A DNA stretch of 64,000 nucleotides from an uncultured Mycoplasma sp. (GTDB taxonomy: Bacteria > Bacillota_I > Bacilli_A > RF39 > UBA660): assembly GCA_947642635.1 (NCBI GenBank), contig CANRTI010000003.1, positions 7,759-71,758 on the forward strand, written 5' to 3'. A model generated the notes under the pieces. The model was given only the letters and a program-made list of their open reading frames with translations, was not told the DNA's origin and ran no database searches. Each line of letters begins with the position of its first letter. Positions within the stretch are counted from its first letter, which is position 1. Positions 41,930 to 51,903 of this stretch are shown here, in pieces. The translations under genes and the position numbers were made by a program.

Positions 41930-42961
41930 CTATTCTCCTTTAAATACAAACTCTCTTTGAATAACTAAATTGATTATCCAAAGGATAAAATCTGTTAATA
42001 TTTTAATTAAAATAACTGGGATATTTAATAAATTAAATAAATAAGTAACAAAACATCCTGAAATAAACATTTGAATTATTACTAAAAAATAATATTTAAT
42101 TAAAGATGGAATACTCATGTTTTTAAAGACTAAATTAGCATTAACAATATAATTATAAATTGATGATACTACTCGAGATAAAATAGTAGCTGCTAATATT
42201 TTACTATCAATAGTTAATATTCCTAAAATACAACTAAATAAAGTTATATCTAAAACAAAAGATGAAAAAGATGCGAGAAAATATTTTAAAAATAATTTAT
42301 AAATCATTATGGAATCTTTTAAAGGATTAAAATGACTATTCGCATTACTATTTAAATAAATTGTTTCAATTAATACTTCTTTAATTGTAATATTAAATTC
42401 TTTACAAGCTATTAGCATATTTGTTTCATATTCATAACGCTCACCTGGTAAATCAACAAATTTTTCCAGTAAATTTTTGCCTAAAGCTCGTAGTCCTGTT
42501 TGTGTGTCACTAATCTCTAAACCAATAAATATTTTAAAAATATTGCGAGTAATTTTATTTCCATGTTTACTTTTAAAAGGAACATTATCAAGTTCAAAAT
42601 CTCTCACTCCTAGAACTAATTCATTAGGATGCTTTAGAAGAGTTTCAGCACACTTTTTGATATCTTTTACACTATGTTGCCCATCACAATCACACATAAC
42701 TACCCCACTTAATTTGGGATGATTATTTAACAAATAGTTAAAAGCGTTTTTTAAAGCCCGCCCTTTACCTAAATTTTTATAATGAGTTAGAACTTCATAA
42801 CCAGAATTTTTTAGTTCCTCAAAAAATTTATTATGACTTTTTTTACTTCCATCATTAACAATTAAGATATTTTTAAATTCTTTGTGTAAATCTTTTAAAA
42901 ATTTTTGCATTATTTTTTCTTCAGGATCTAAAGCAGGGACTATTATATAAATATCTTTCAT
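41930..42961 (-). CDS. Bifunctional GT2 glycosyltransferase / GtrA protein
   Basis: VNDGS, GKGRALK, DCDGQH, DTQTGLR, SHFNPLKDS and C-terminal TMs. Confidence 0.9.
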   Translation of the reverse strand: MKDIYIIVPALDPEEKIMQKFLKDLHKEFKNILIVNDGSKKSHNKFFEELKNSGYEVLTHYKNLGKGRALKNAFNYLLNNHPKLSGVVMCDCDGQHSVKDIKKCAETLLKHPNELVLGVRDFELDNVPFKSKHGNKITRNIFKIFIGLEISDTQTGLRALGKNLLEKFVDLPGERYEYETNMLIACKEFNITIKEVLIETIYLNSNANSHFNPLKDSIMIYKLFLKYFLASFSSFVLDITLFSCILGILTIDSKILAATILSRVVSSIYNYIVNANLVFKNMSIPSLIKYYFLVIIQMFISGCFVTYLFNLLNIPVILIKILTDFILWIINLVIQREFVFKGE

Positions 42962-42971
42962 TTTAAAACTC

Positions 42972-44120
42972 CTAATCTTTTATTGCTTCCATATTGACTA
43001 ATTTATAACCATTTTCATAATAAATGAAATATAAACGATCATGCATTACATCAACTTTATCCTCACTACCAACAACCATATTCTTTTCTAAATAAACTTC
43101 ACAACTAAAAGCTAAATCATTATATGATACACAATTTTTAACTGTTTCATTCGTAAAAACTGGATTTTTTAAACGATGTCTACTAACAAAAGTAATATCC
43201 ACATTATGAGCCCAACCATAAGCCATATCATACATATATGAACCATTAATTAAGTAAGGTGTTAAAACATTAAAACCATGATAACTACCTTGTAAATCAT
43301 CAGTTAAAAACAAACTCCAATTTTCAGCTAATTTTAGAACATCAAAATCAGTTTTTAAATGACTTTTTAAACTATTAAAATCCGGATATTCTTGATAATT
43401 TTTCGTAACATTTATGACATTATCTTTAACTTCATATTTTACTTCTTTATGATTTTCATCAAATATTTTAATAACAGGTTCATAAACTAAATTTTTAATT
43501 TCATATTTTTTACTTTTAGCAATTTCAATATATTCAGTTAAACGTTCTAATCCTTCAACATCACCTTCTTTAGCTACATCATCACTAGTAAGCTCTTGAT
43601 TATTAATTACTACTTGATAATTACTAGGAACAGTTATTTCATAATTATAAATTCCATTTTCAAAATGTGTTTTATTATCTATTATTTCCCATTCATCAAT
43701 TTTTAAAATCCCCATTCTCGTATAAGAATTTATACTTTTTAAAGATACAGTACTAACTAATTTATCCTTATTATATAAATTATAAGCATAAATATCATCT
43801 TTTGTTAATTTACTATTTTTCTTAATAGTTAAATTAGCACTTTTATATAATTTATTAACTCCATCAATTATTTTAGCATTACTATTTTCAAATTTACTTA
43901 TCGAAAACAAATTATTATCAATATTTTTAGTAAGTTTTCCTGAAGACGCTAAATAACTAATATAATTATCAACTAAATTACGTTCATAAACAATCATACT
44001 ATTATAAACATATCCTAAAAAAATACCGCCCAAAACCAGCATAATAAGACTAAAGATAATTAAACCTTTTTTATAAAGACTAGTCTTTTGAAAACGACGA
44101 ATTAATCTTAATTTGCGCAT
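42972..44120 (-). CDS. Membrane-anchored hypothetical protein
   Basis: N-terminal TM; in an operon with GT2 and NAGPA genes. Confidence 0.7.
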   Translation of the reverse strand: MRKLRLIRRFQKTSLYKKGLIIFSLIMLVLGGIFLGYVYNSMIVYERNLVDNYISYLASSGKLTKNIDNNLFSISKFENSNAKIIDGVNKLYKSANLTIKKNSKLTKDDIYAYNLYNKDKLVSTVSLKSINSYTRMGILKIDEWEIIDNKTHFENGIYNYEITVPSNYQVVINNQELTSDDVAKEGDVEGLERLTEYIEIAKSKKYEIKNLVYEPVIKIFDENHKEVKYEVKDNVINVTKNYQEYPDFNSLKSHLKTDFDVLKLAENWSLFLTDDLQGSYHGFNVLTPYLINGSYMYDMAYGWAHNVDITFVSRHRLKNPVFTNETVKNCVSYNDLAFSCEVYLEKNMVVGSEDKVDVMHDRLYFIYYENGYKLVNMEAIKD

Positions 44121-44124
44121 ATAT

Positions 44125-45168
44125 TTACCTCTTTTCTACAATAAATCCAGTAGGCAATTTCCAAGAAGAATTAGAATAATATAACGTAACAGAAGTCATT
44201 TCATATTTATCATCATAATACATACTTGATGATGAACCGCCATCGATATTAGCGGCATTGATTGCCCCATATTCACTCATTAAATCAATTAAATCGGAAG
44301 CTGTAGCACCTAAATGCCCATTTGCCCCACGTCCATCAGTTACTAAAAGGAGTACTGTTCCATCTGCTCTTTGACCTATAGCTGTTCTAGGGTTTGCTCC
44401 ACTACCAGAACCCTTAGTTTCTCTTTCTTCGCCATTAATAATTAATTTAACAAAATGGTTATTGGCATCACTACTCTCTTCTTGGAAAGCAACAGCATCA
44501 CGAATTTTTTCTTCTTTAATTATTTTTTCTACTGCACTCGCATTTTTACCACTTAAATCAATTATTTTTAACAAATTATCTTCATTAAAACCAACTAAGT
44601 GAAGACCAGCTATACCACTAGGACTATTAAATTCAATTTTGCCATCTCGCACTACTAAGCCCATTGGTCTTCCTCCTTTATTACTATCAGAGACGTAAAG
44701 GCCACCATTAATACCAGCAAAAGCATCATTATCTTTAACTAATTTATCTAAAGTTACGCCATATTCTTTCCAACTCCCATCAAAAATAGTGGCTAGTTTA
44801 ACACGAGAAGGATCATTTACAATAATCATTTTAGCAGCATAAGTACTACCAGCAATTTCTACTAACTCAATACCATCTTTATCTGGTTTTGATGTATCAA
44901 TGTCAATTAAGCTATTATCTATTTCTTCATCTAAAGTCGCCATACTATTACTATCAACAATTTTTTGAACTTTACTATCACTCATAAACAATTTAACTAC
45001 AAATTTCATTTGACCTGTTTCTAACAAGGTTGTGACAAATAAATTTCTTGCATGCTCGCTAGGGCCATAACAAAATATTAAGCCCATGGAATAGACAGTA
45101 ACTAAAAGAACTAATACAAAAATTCCAATAAAACTAAAAACCTTTCCAATCATTTTTACTACTTTCAT
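44125..45168 (-). CDS. Phosphodiester glycosidase (NAGPA/EpsL-like)
   Basis: AGINGG, NPRTAIGQRADG, DGR and AANIDGGSSS motifs. Confidence 0.9.
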   Translation of the reverse strand: MKVVKMIGKVFSFIGIFVLVLLVTVYSMGLIFCYGPSEHARNLFVTTLLETGQMKFVVKLFMSDSKVQKIVDSNSMATLDEEIDNSLIDIDTSKPDKDGIELVEIAGSTYAAKMIIVNDPSRVKLATIFDGSWKEYGVTLDKLVKDNDAFAGINGGLYVSDSNKGGRPMGLVVRDGKIEFNSPSGIAGLHLVGFNEDNLLKIIDLSGKNASAVEKIIKEEKIRDAVAFQEESSDANNHFVKLIINGEERETKGSGSGANPRTAIGQRADGTVLLLVTDGRGANGHLGATASDLIDLMSEYGAINAANIDGGSSSSMYYDDKYEMTSVTLYYSNSSWKLPTGFIVEKR

Positions 45169-45267
45169 AAAACAACTCCACTTCCTAACTACATTTTGTT
45201 CTAAGTATCACTAACTATTATCATAAATATAATTATACATCAAAAGTATAAAAAAAGAAATAAATTT

Positions 45268-46524
45268 TTAATTTACTTCTTCTAAAATCTTGGGTGCATA
45301 CTCTATTTCATAGATTTTATTTTTTTCGAATTTTTTTTCAGTAACTACTTTTAAATAATTACTAGTATGCCCAATACTTTTATTATCTTTTACTTCTTCA
45401 ATTAAAACTGCTACTTTTTGACCAATAAATTTTTGTTGATACTTATTTTCTAAAATTCGTGATAATTCTAATAATTTTTGAACTCGTTGTTTTTTTTCTA
45501 AACTAGCTACTTCAGGCATTTTGCTAGCTACTGTTTTTGATCTTTTAGAATATGGAAAAACATGTATTTTACTAAATTCTAGCTCTCTTGCAAGGTTATA
45601 TGTTTCTAAAAAATCAGAAGATGTTTCCGAAGGAAAACCAACAATAATATCGGTAGTAATAGAGATATCTGGTCTAATAGATCTAATTAAAGCAATTTTC
45701 TTCCGAAAATAATCGGGATCATATTTACGATTCATTAATTTTAAAATCTTTTGACTACCTGCTTGCAGTGGAATATGTAAGTGGTTACAAAACTTGGGAT
45801 TTTCTTTTAACATCTCCATAAATTTAGCATTTAGCTCTGTTATTTCGACACTAGATAATCTAATTCTTTCTAAATTAGGAATTTTACTTAAAGCGTTAAT
45901 AACATCTATTAAATCATAATCATTATAATGATAACTACCAGTATGAATTCCCGTTAAAACTATTTCTTTGTGATTGTTTTGAACTAAAGTTTTGGCTTCG
46001 CAAATAATTTTAGAAAACTCTTTACTTCTATTTACTCCTCTCATGAAAGGAATAATACAATAGGAACAAAAGTTATCACAACCATCTTGAATTTTAATAA
46101 AAGCTCTAGTATGATTAAATTTATTAATAACCATATCTTCAAAAGGTAAATTTCGGTTTTCTCCAATGAAGCAATATGGTTTTTTAGTTACAAGAAATTC
46201 TTTTAAAATTTTGGCAATTAAAGACTTATTAGTATTACCCAAAAGAATATCTACTCCCATTTCTTGATATTCTTGGTAATTATTTTGCACACTACAACCA
46301 ACAACAATTAAGATACTTTGGATGTTTTCTCGCCGAACTTTCCGAACATATTTTTTGCATTTTTTATCAGCTGTATTAGTAACAGTACAAGTATTGATAA
46401 CAATTATATCAGCTTCTAACATATTTGATGTAAAAAGAAAGCCATTAGTTTGTAATGACTCACTCATATAATTTGATTCATATGTATTTACTTTGCAGCC
46501 AAAAGTTTCAATATAAAACTTCAT
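45268..46524 (-). CDS. mtaB: tRNA t6A37 methylthiotransferase
   Basis: TFGCKVNTYES, NTCTVT, KIQDGCDNFCSYCIIP, HVFPYS. Confidence 0.9.
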   Translation of the reverse strand: MKFYIETFGCKVNTYESNYMSESLQTNGFLFTSNMLEADIIVINTCTVTNTADKKCKKYVRKVRRENIQSILIVVGCSVQNNYQEYQEMGVDILLGNTNKSLIAKILKEFLVTKKPYCFIGENRNLPFEDMVINKFNHTRAFIKIQDGCDNFCSYCIIPFMRGVNRSKEFSKIICEAKTLVQNNHKEIVLTGIHTGSYHYNDYDLIDVINALSKIPNLERIRLSSVEITELNAKFMEMLKENPKFCNHLHIPLQAGSQKILKLMNRKYDPDYFRKKIALIRSIRPDISITTDIIVGFPSETSSDFLETYNLARELEFSKIHVFPYSKRSKTVASKMPEVASLEKKQRVQKLLELSRILENKYQQKFIGQKVAVLIEEVKDNKSIGHTSNYLKVVTEKKFEKNKIYEIEYAPKILEEVN

Positions 46525-46535
46525 AAATAATCCCC

Positions 46536-47144
46536 CTAATTTAGTATGCTATTTAATTCTTTTAAAGCACTCAAGAATGCTTCTTCTTTTTGATAACTAA
46601 TAACTCTTACGTCTTTAATTTCATCCCTTATGTTGGTATTTACTAAATCATTCAAATCGACCTTTTTAACAACTACATCATCTAATACTTCTTCTTTTTC
46701 ATAATTAATCGCATAACCAGTTTTATGATTTACTAATTCATCATAGCTAATAATGGCTTTTTCTTCTTGGTCTTTTTCATATTCATCACAACTAAGCCGC
46801 TCATTTTTTTCAGATTGTAATTTTTTAGTTAAAGAGTCTAAATCTAAAAGCACTCCTTCTTCATCATCATCAAAATAATTTGCTTCCTTCAGCGGTTCTT
46901 TTTGCGGTTCTTGTTCTAAATTTCTCACAATTTCATTTATTACTGGATCTAATTTATCTTGCTTTTTAAGACCACTAAATTTATTTTTTATATTTTCTTC
47001 TTCATTCAAAACTTCTTTATTAATTTTAATAAAATAAACTAAAGTGACTAGTAAAATTAATAAAGTTATAATTGCTCCAAAAAATATTATATCAACAAAA
47101 TTTAAATAATTAAAAAACTTAGAGATATCTTTAATAAAATTCAT
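46536..47144 (-). CDS. Acidic hypothetical protein with N-terminal TM
   Basis: YEKDQEEKAIISYDEL ... EEAFLSALKEL. Confidence 0.7.
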   Translation of the reverse strand: MNFIKDISKFFNYLNFVDIIFFGAIITLLILLVTLVYFIKINKEVLNEEENIKNKFSGLKKQDKLDPVINEIVRNLEQEPQKEPLKEANYFDDDEEGVLLDLDSLTKKLQSEKNERLSCDEYEKDQEEKAIISYDELVNHKTGYAINYEKEEVLDDVVVKKVDLNDLVNTNIRDEIKDVRVISYQKEEAFLSALKELNSILN

Positions 47145-47284
47145 TTATATCACCACATTATTATTCTAACACTTAACGTAAACAAAAATAAGTGTTCTGT
47201 ATTTGCTTTACATGCTTTTTTGCAAATATTGACACTTATTATAACATTTATCTTGACGGTATGCAATAAATAATTAATTCTTAA

Positions 47285-47745
47285 CTATCCCGCTATTTTA
47301 ATTTTAGCTATATCACTTTCTTTTAAACCAGTAGCAGCAGCTATATCTTGTTTTGATAACTTCCCTGTTTTTATAAGATTTCTGGCTGTACTAAGGGCTT
47401 TTTGTTTTTCTCCTTCAAGCCGCCCTATATTCCGGCCTTCTTTTAACTTCATTTGGGCAGTATGCTCGATATCGGCTGCATGATAACTCTTCTGCACATT
47501 TATAAAACTGAAGTATTCGCTTGCAAACTCACCTTTGCGAAATCTCTCCATTACACTTTGCATCTCTGTTAATATTTTACTCCCTTCTACTATTTTTTGT
47601 TCTTCTTCTACACTCCTTGCTTTCATTAATAAAAACAATTTCTTTATATCCTCATCTACATCATATCTACTATCTTTATAATTGTCAATGTTGATAAAGT
47701 CTACTTGGATTAAGTCATCTACTAGTAGTTTATTATTTCTTTTAA
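47285..47745 (-). pseudogene. 5'-truncated Rpn (PD-(D/E)XK nuclease family transposase) remnant; C-terminal ORF 47285-47638 intact
   Basis: Open frame NKLLVDDLIQVDFINIDNY... continues into EGRNIGRLEGEKQKALSTARNLIKTGKLSKQDIAAATGL, a typical Rpn tail; nuclease N-terminus absent. Confidence 0.75.
47660..47688 (-). promoter_or_regulatory. Intragenic sigma-A promoter in the Rpn remnant
   Basis: TTGACA(47688-47683)-17bp-TATGAT(47665-47660), followed by GAGGA and TTG at 47638. Confidence 0.65.
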
Positions 47746-47863
47746 TTTTACTTCTGGTAATTTAACTGGTGTATTATTAAATGATTTATAAGCTAAATGA
47801 ACTACACATATTAACCATTAGTCAAGTAACTTATACAATAAAAAAGAAGTATAAAACTTCCAT

Positions 47864-49141
47864 TTAATTTTTAACTATTTTATAAGGATCATTATAAGTA
47901 CCACTACCAGTAACTTCAACATTCTTAATTAAATTAATAACTGGTCTTACACCCCGATATAAACTACCATCGATATCACTTCTTAAATTACCATTAATAT
48001 CAATAGTAAAGAAATTTATAAATGTATCACTACCTTTAGCACTACTCATTGTAAACCAAGGATTATTAATATTAGAATTATATAAATAATAACTTTGATT
48101 TGTTCCATGCGGTGTTGCCCCTGCTAAGATAACTTCATCAACAGTAAGTAAGCCAATACTATCATTAACAGACTCTCCTAAACAATTTAGAGTAGGTATT
48201 TTATTAGTTAATACTCTACTAGCAGCAAGACTATTACCAGCATTATCATTACTTATATCACTACAAAATTTAGCATTAGCTATATAACTTGTATATTCTC
48301 GTAAATTATCTTGAAACCAAGCATTTAATGTTGTTCTGATAGTACTATCTTTATAATTAAAGTTAGTATTTGTATAATAACTAGCAACATTATTAGTAAT
48401 ACCATCTAAAACTAATCTTACAGTTTCATCCCCATTAATTCGCACAATCCGAAAATATAAATTATTAATTAAAACATAATTATTTGAAATAGAACCTCTA
48501 AAATAATAAGAATTACCTATATCATCACTACTTTTAATTAAACCTTCTTCTGTAGTAGCAGCTTCATAACCAACTCTCGTTAAACTCTCTTCTTTAAAAG
48601 GATTGTTTTTTAAAATAGTGTTCGCAAAAGTAGTTATATGTTTATTTTGCATTCTAATATTTATTAAACCATTTAGAGAATTATTTTCTTCACTATTAGT
48701 TATTTCTAAAGTATATATTTTAGTCATATTAGCATCAATACTTATATAATCAGTTGTTATTTCATCAGTACTTTTTAATATACCTTCTAAAACTATTTCC
48801 CCATCTAATAATAATTTATAAGTTCCATTTCCTCTTACTTTACTAAAATTAATATGGTAATAACTAGTTTCAGCACTACTATTAGTGATGGAAAACTTAA
48901 TTTGATTATTTTTAGTCACATTAAATTTTTTACCATCAACATAATTTATCGAAAGAGTTCCATTAACTTCAATATCTGAGTCTAATATATTGTCACTACG
49001 ATTAATATAAATAAATCCAAGTGCCATAACCATAATTATTAATAAAGTAACTACAAATAATAAAAATTTATAAATCTTACGCATCTTTAATTTTACTAAA
49101 ATTTCAGGTTTACTATTTTTATTCTTCAAATTTATCATCAC
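47864..49141 (-). CDS. Membrane-anchored surface protein with C-terminal CLec-like (DUF6273-like) domain
   Basis: N-terminal TM; YYFRG...NNYV...FRIVRINGD..VRL; IGLLTVDE; WFTMS...GVRPVINL...GSGTYNDPY. Confidence 0.75.
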   Translation of the reverse strand: MMINLKNKNSKPEILVKLKMRKIYKFLLFVVTLLIIMVMALGFIYINRSDNILDSDIEVNGTLSINYVDGKKFNVTKNNQIKFSITNSSAETSYYHINFSKVRGNGTYKLLLDGEIVLEGILKSTDEITTDYISIDANMTKIYTLEITNSEENNSLNGLINIRMQNKHITTFANTILKNNPFKEESLTRVGYEAATTEEGLIKSSDDIGNSYYFRGSISNNYVLINNLYFRIVRINGDETVRLVLDGITNNVASYYTNTNFNYKDSTIRTTLNAWFQDNLREYTSYIANAKFCSDISNDNAGNSLAASRVLTNKIPTLNCLGESVNDSIGLLTVDEVILAGATPHGTNQSYYLYNSNINNPWFTMSSAKGSDTFINFFTIDINGNLRSDIDGSLYRGVRPVINLIKNVEVTGSGTYNDPYKIVKN

Positions 49142-49230
49142 CCTACTATTAAAGTATATTAAAAAGTCAATATATTGTCAACTGAAAAACCCAAAATTTA
49201 AAAACTTCTAGTTTTAAATGATTTATGGTA

Positions 49231-49262
49231 ATAAAAAAAGATGGATTAACCATCAATTTATT
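49231..49262 (-). terminator. Terminator after rpmF
   Basis: GATGG/CCATC stem and T-tract; near-identical to 54373-54405. Confidence 0.7.
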
Positions 49263-49446
49263 ATTCTGCTTCTTCTACTTTTAAAACATTTGCATTTTTA
49301 TAGTTTCCACATTTTGTACAAGCTCTATGAGGTCTAAGTGCGGCCCCACATTTAGAACAGGTAGTTACTGCTCCAACTTCTTTTTTCAAGTGGGTACGAC
49401 GCATTCTTTTCTTGGTTTTACTTGTTCTTCTAAAAGGAACTGCCAT
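49261..49446 (-). CDS. rpmF: 50S ribosomal protein L32
   Basis: MAVPFRRTSKTKKRMRRTH...CSKCG...PHRACTKCGNY. Confidence 0.97.
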   Translation of the reverse strand: MAVPFRRTSKTKKRMRRTHLKKEVGAVTTCSKCGAALRPHRACTKCGNYKNANVLKVEEAE

Positions 49447-49448
49447 AA

Positions 49449-49934
49449 CTAATCATCACCTTTCAATAAGTCTTTTAGTTTTTGAAGTCTGGGATCAATT
49501 TCAGTCTCTTTTTTAGGACCACTTAATAATTCCCAACCATTCCCTTTTAAGTTTTTTGCAGTTTCTTCTAAAACTGTATAACTAATGGGAACTTCCAATA
49601 CAATATTTTGCCATAAAATCCCTTTTAAATCAAGTCTATTTTGTACATTTTCATAACAATCAGTATAATTTTCAATAATTTCTTCTAAATTTTCTGTTAT
49701 ATCAATTTGAAAATCATACGGAACAGTTTTTAAAGTAATGGCATCACTTAAAAACATTGTCCCTTTAAATTGTAAATCTAAGTTAATATTTGCTTCTCCA
49801 TCTTTTGTAATAATCCCTTTAACAAAAGCATTTTGTAAATCAATTATTCTCTTATCTAAATTGGCATCTTTCATTACTGGATAGTCTATAATAATTTTGT
49901 CTTCAACATTCAAAGTATTTAAATCAATAATCAT
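49449..49934 (-). CDS. YceD/DUF177 family protein
   Basis: Upstream of rpmF; LDL..ILWQNIVLEVP and IDPRLQKLKDL. Confidence 0.88.
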   Translation of the reverse strand: MIIDLNTLNVEDKIIIDYPVMKDANLDKRIIDLQNAFVKGIITKDGEANINLDLQFKGTMFLSDAITLKTVPYDFQIDITENLEEIIENYTDCYENVQNRLDLKGILWQNIVLEVPISYTVLEETAKNLKGNGWELLSGPKKETEIDPRLQKLKDLLKGDD

Positions 49935-50163
49935 TTATTTCACCAATTTTATCTTAACATAGATTAGAAAATTGTACAAGATAGGCACCAAGAAAAAATT
50001 TTTTAATATATTATAATAGGTGATGATGATGCCTAATAGATTTCCCCCTACTTTTTTTATTTTTGCGGCGATTGGTTTATGTATTTTAATTTTTTACCAA
50101 TTAATTATTACTTTTATATTACCATTTCGTTATAATATTTTTATTTTATTTATCGAAATAATT

Positions 50164-51063
50164 TTATTGTTCATTTGTATCAGTCGTATAATATGGTGCT
50201 AAAAAAGCTTCTGTTTTATAAACATAATCAAGAATTTTGCCTAAATTTTTACAATTATTAAATTCATTATCTTGAAATTCAAATTCAGGTACTAAGGATA
50301 TTAAAACAAAAAATAGTTTTTGTTCTTGTTCAGTTAAACTAGTAATACCTAAATACTTTTCATAAATAGTGGCAAACTCTAATTCCCAAAAATTATTTTG
50401 ATATAATTTAACTAAATCTAAAACTGGTGTATCGAATTTGGCTTGATCCCAACTAATTAAATAGTCTTTTTCACTTCTTAAAAAGTGATCTAAACTAAGA
50501 TTATTATGAATTAAACTAATTCTTTCACTTTTTTTATCTTGCACAAGACTGTACCACTCATCTAATTCACGCGCTGAAAAATCTAAAGCGGCTTTTATTT
50601 TCGAATAATTACGAACAAATTCATACTTAGATGGAGCCATATAAACTTCTGTTAAAAATAGTTCATAGTATTTTAAATAATAATCTTTTAAATAAAAAAT
50701 ATTATTTTGAATGTTTTCATAAATTTCTAAGTAAGTATCACTAGAAACCTCTTTATTAAAAGAGGTTTTAGAATGTAGTAGTCCAACTAATGTGATTAAG
50801 TCTTCACTCTTTTGGGGATCAACATTTCTTTTATCTTCAACATATTCATAAATGTAATTGTCATCACGAAAATTATCATAAATATTGGGAAAAGAAGTAA
50901 AATTACGAGACTTTAAATATTCAAATATACTTACCAAATCTTTATTAGTTGGTTTTTTCTTAACAACAAAATTGCCACTGGTAGTTTCTAAAATAGTACA
51001 ATTTCCTCTGATTGTATAACGATATGGTTTATATAGATTTTTAAGACTTTCTAACTTATTCAT
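50164..51063 (-). CDS. YsxE/CotS-like spore coat kinase-fold protein
   Basis: LVGLLHSKT, LIHNNLSLDHF, LISWDQAKFDTPVLDL; downstream of the SpoVID-like gene as in Bacillus. Confidence 0.75.
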   Translation of the reverse strand: MNKLESLKNLYKPYRYTIRGNCTILETTSGNFVVKKKPTNKDLVSIFEYLKSRNFTSFPNIYDNFRDDNYIYEYVEDKRNVDPQKSEDLITLVGLLHSKTSFNKEVSSDTYLEIYENIQNNIFYLKDYYLKYYELFLTEVYMAPSKYEFVRNYSKIKAALDFSARELDEWYSLVQDKKSERISLIHNNLSLDHFLRSEKDYLISWDQAKFDTPVLDLVKLYQNNFWELEFATIYEKYLGITSLTEQEQKLFFVLISLVPEFEFQDNEFNNCKNLGKILDYVYKTEAFLAPYYTTDTNEQ

Positions 51064-51859
51064 CTATTTTAGGAATTAATATTTTATCGCCAGTACTTAA
51101 AGAATCAAATTCATTATATTCATCAACAATGTTTGCACTTACATTATATAGAGCACATATGCTTTCTTTAGTTTCACTTTCTTTAACAACATGAATATGA
51201 TATGTTACAAAAGTATCATCACTATCTTGAATAGTTTCCATAATAGTTTTTTCTTCTTCAGGATTTAATCTTTCATTTTCTTCTTTTACTGGTGTAACTT
51301 CAGGGATTTCTTCACTAATTGGAGTAATTTCTTCTTCGACTTTCTCTTCTTTTCTTTCTTCTTTAACGTCCTCTAATTTGGTAGCAACTTCTTCTTTAAT
51401 TGATTCTTCATTATCTTTTTCTTCTTTATCATTAACTGGTTCAACAATTTGCGGATTTTCTAAAAAATCATCAATAAAAGATAATTCACTTTCTAACTCA
51501 TCTTCATTAACTCTTTCAAATAATTCTTCTTCAACTTCAGCAGTTAAAGAATATTCAATATTAACTTTTAATTTGTTACCTTCCACTATTTCATATGCAA
51601 AATCTTCAATATTAAATTCTAAACTATCCTTTTTAATATCATCTCGTAATTCGACAGTAAATGGTAAAGTGTGTTTAAAACTTTCGGTATTAATACTTAC
51701 TTCATATACTTTATATTCCCCACTAATGTAGAAATTACCAAGTACAACTCCATCATTTACAAAAAAATCATGTTCTAAAGACATTTTAGTAATTTCACTA
51801 ATATTAGTTTTAAAATCCACTATACTCTCAAAAGGTATCTTAGTAAACAAAATTATCAT
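51056..51859 (-). CDS. SpoVID-like spore coat morphogenetic protein with C-terminal LysM
   Basis: N-terminal SpoVID-like domain (ISEITKMSLEH...G.FYISGEY), acidic linker, LysM (HVVKESETKESIC..YNV...GDKILIP). Confidence 0.75.
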   Translation of the reverse strand: MIILFTKIPFESIVDFKTNISEITKMSLEHDFFVNDGVVLGNFYISGEYKVYEVSINTESFKHTLPFTVELRDDIKKDSLEFNIEDFAYEIVEGNKLKVNIEYSLTAEVEEELFERVNEDELESELSFIDDFLENPQIVEPVNDKEEKDNEESIKEEVATKLEDVKEERKEEKVEEEITPISEEIPEVTPVKEENERLNPEEEKTIMETIQDSDDTFVTYHIHVVKESETKESICALYNVSANIVDEYNEFDSLSTGDKILIPKIDE

Positions 51860-51903
51860 CTCCTAAAAAAATATATGATTACAAAAAAATAATATAACTA
51901 ATG

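Noticed and set aside
50020-50202. 60-aa hydrophobic plus-strand ORF
   Set aside because: Could be a real small membrane protein (AGGTGA upstream) but overlaps the ysxE-like 3' end and the evidence is too thin to call
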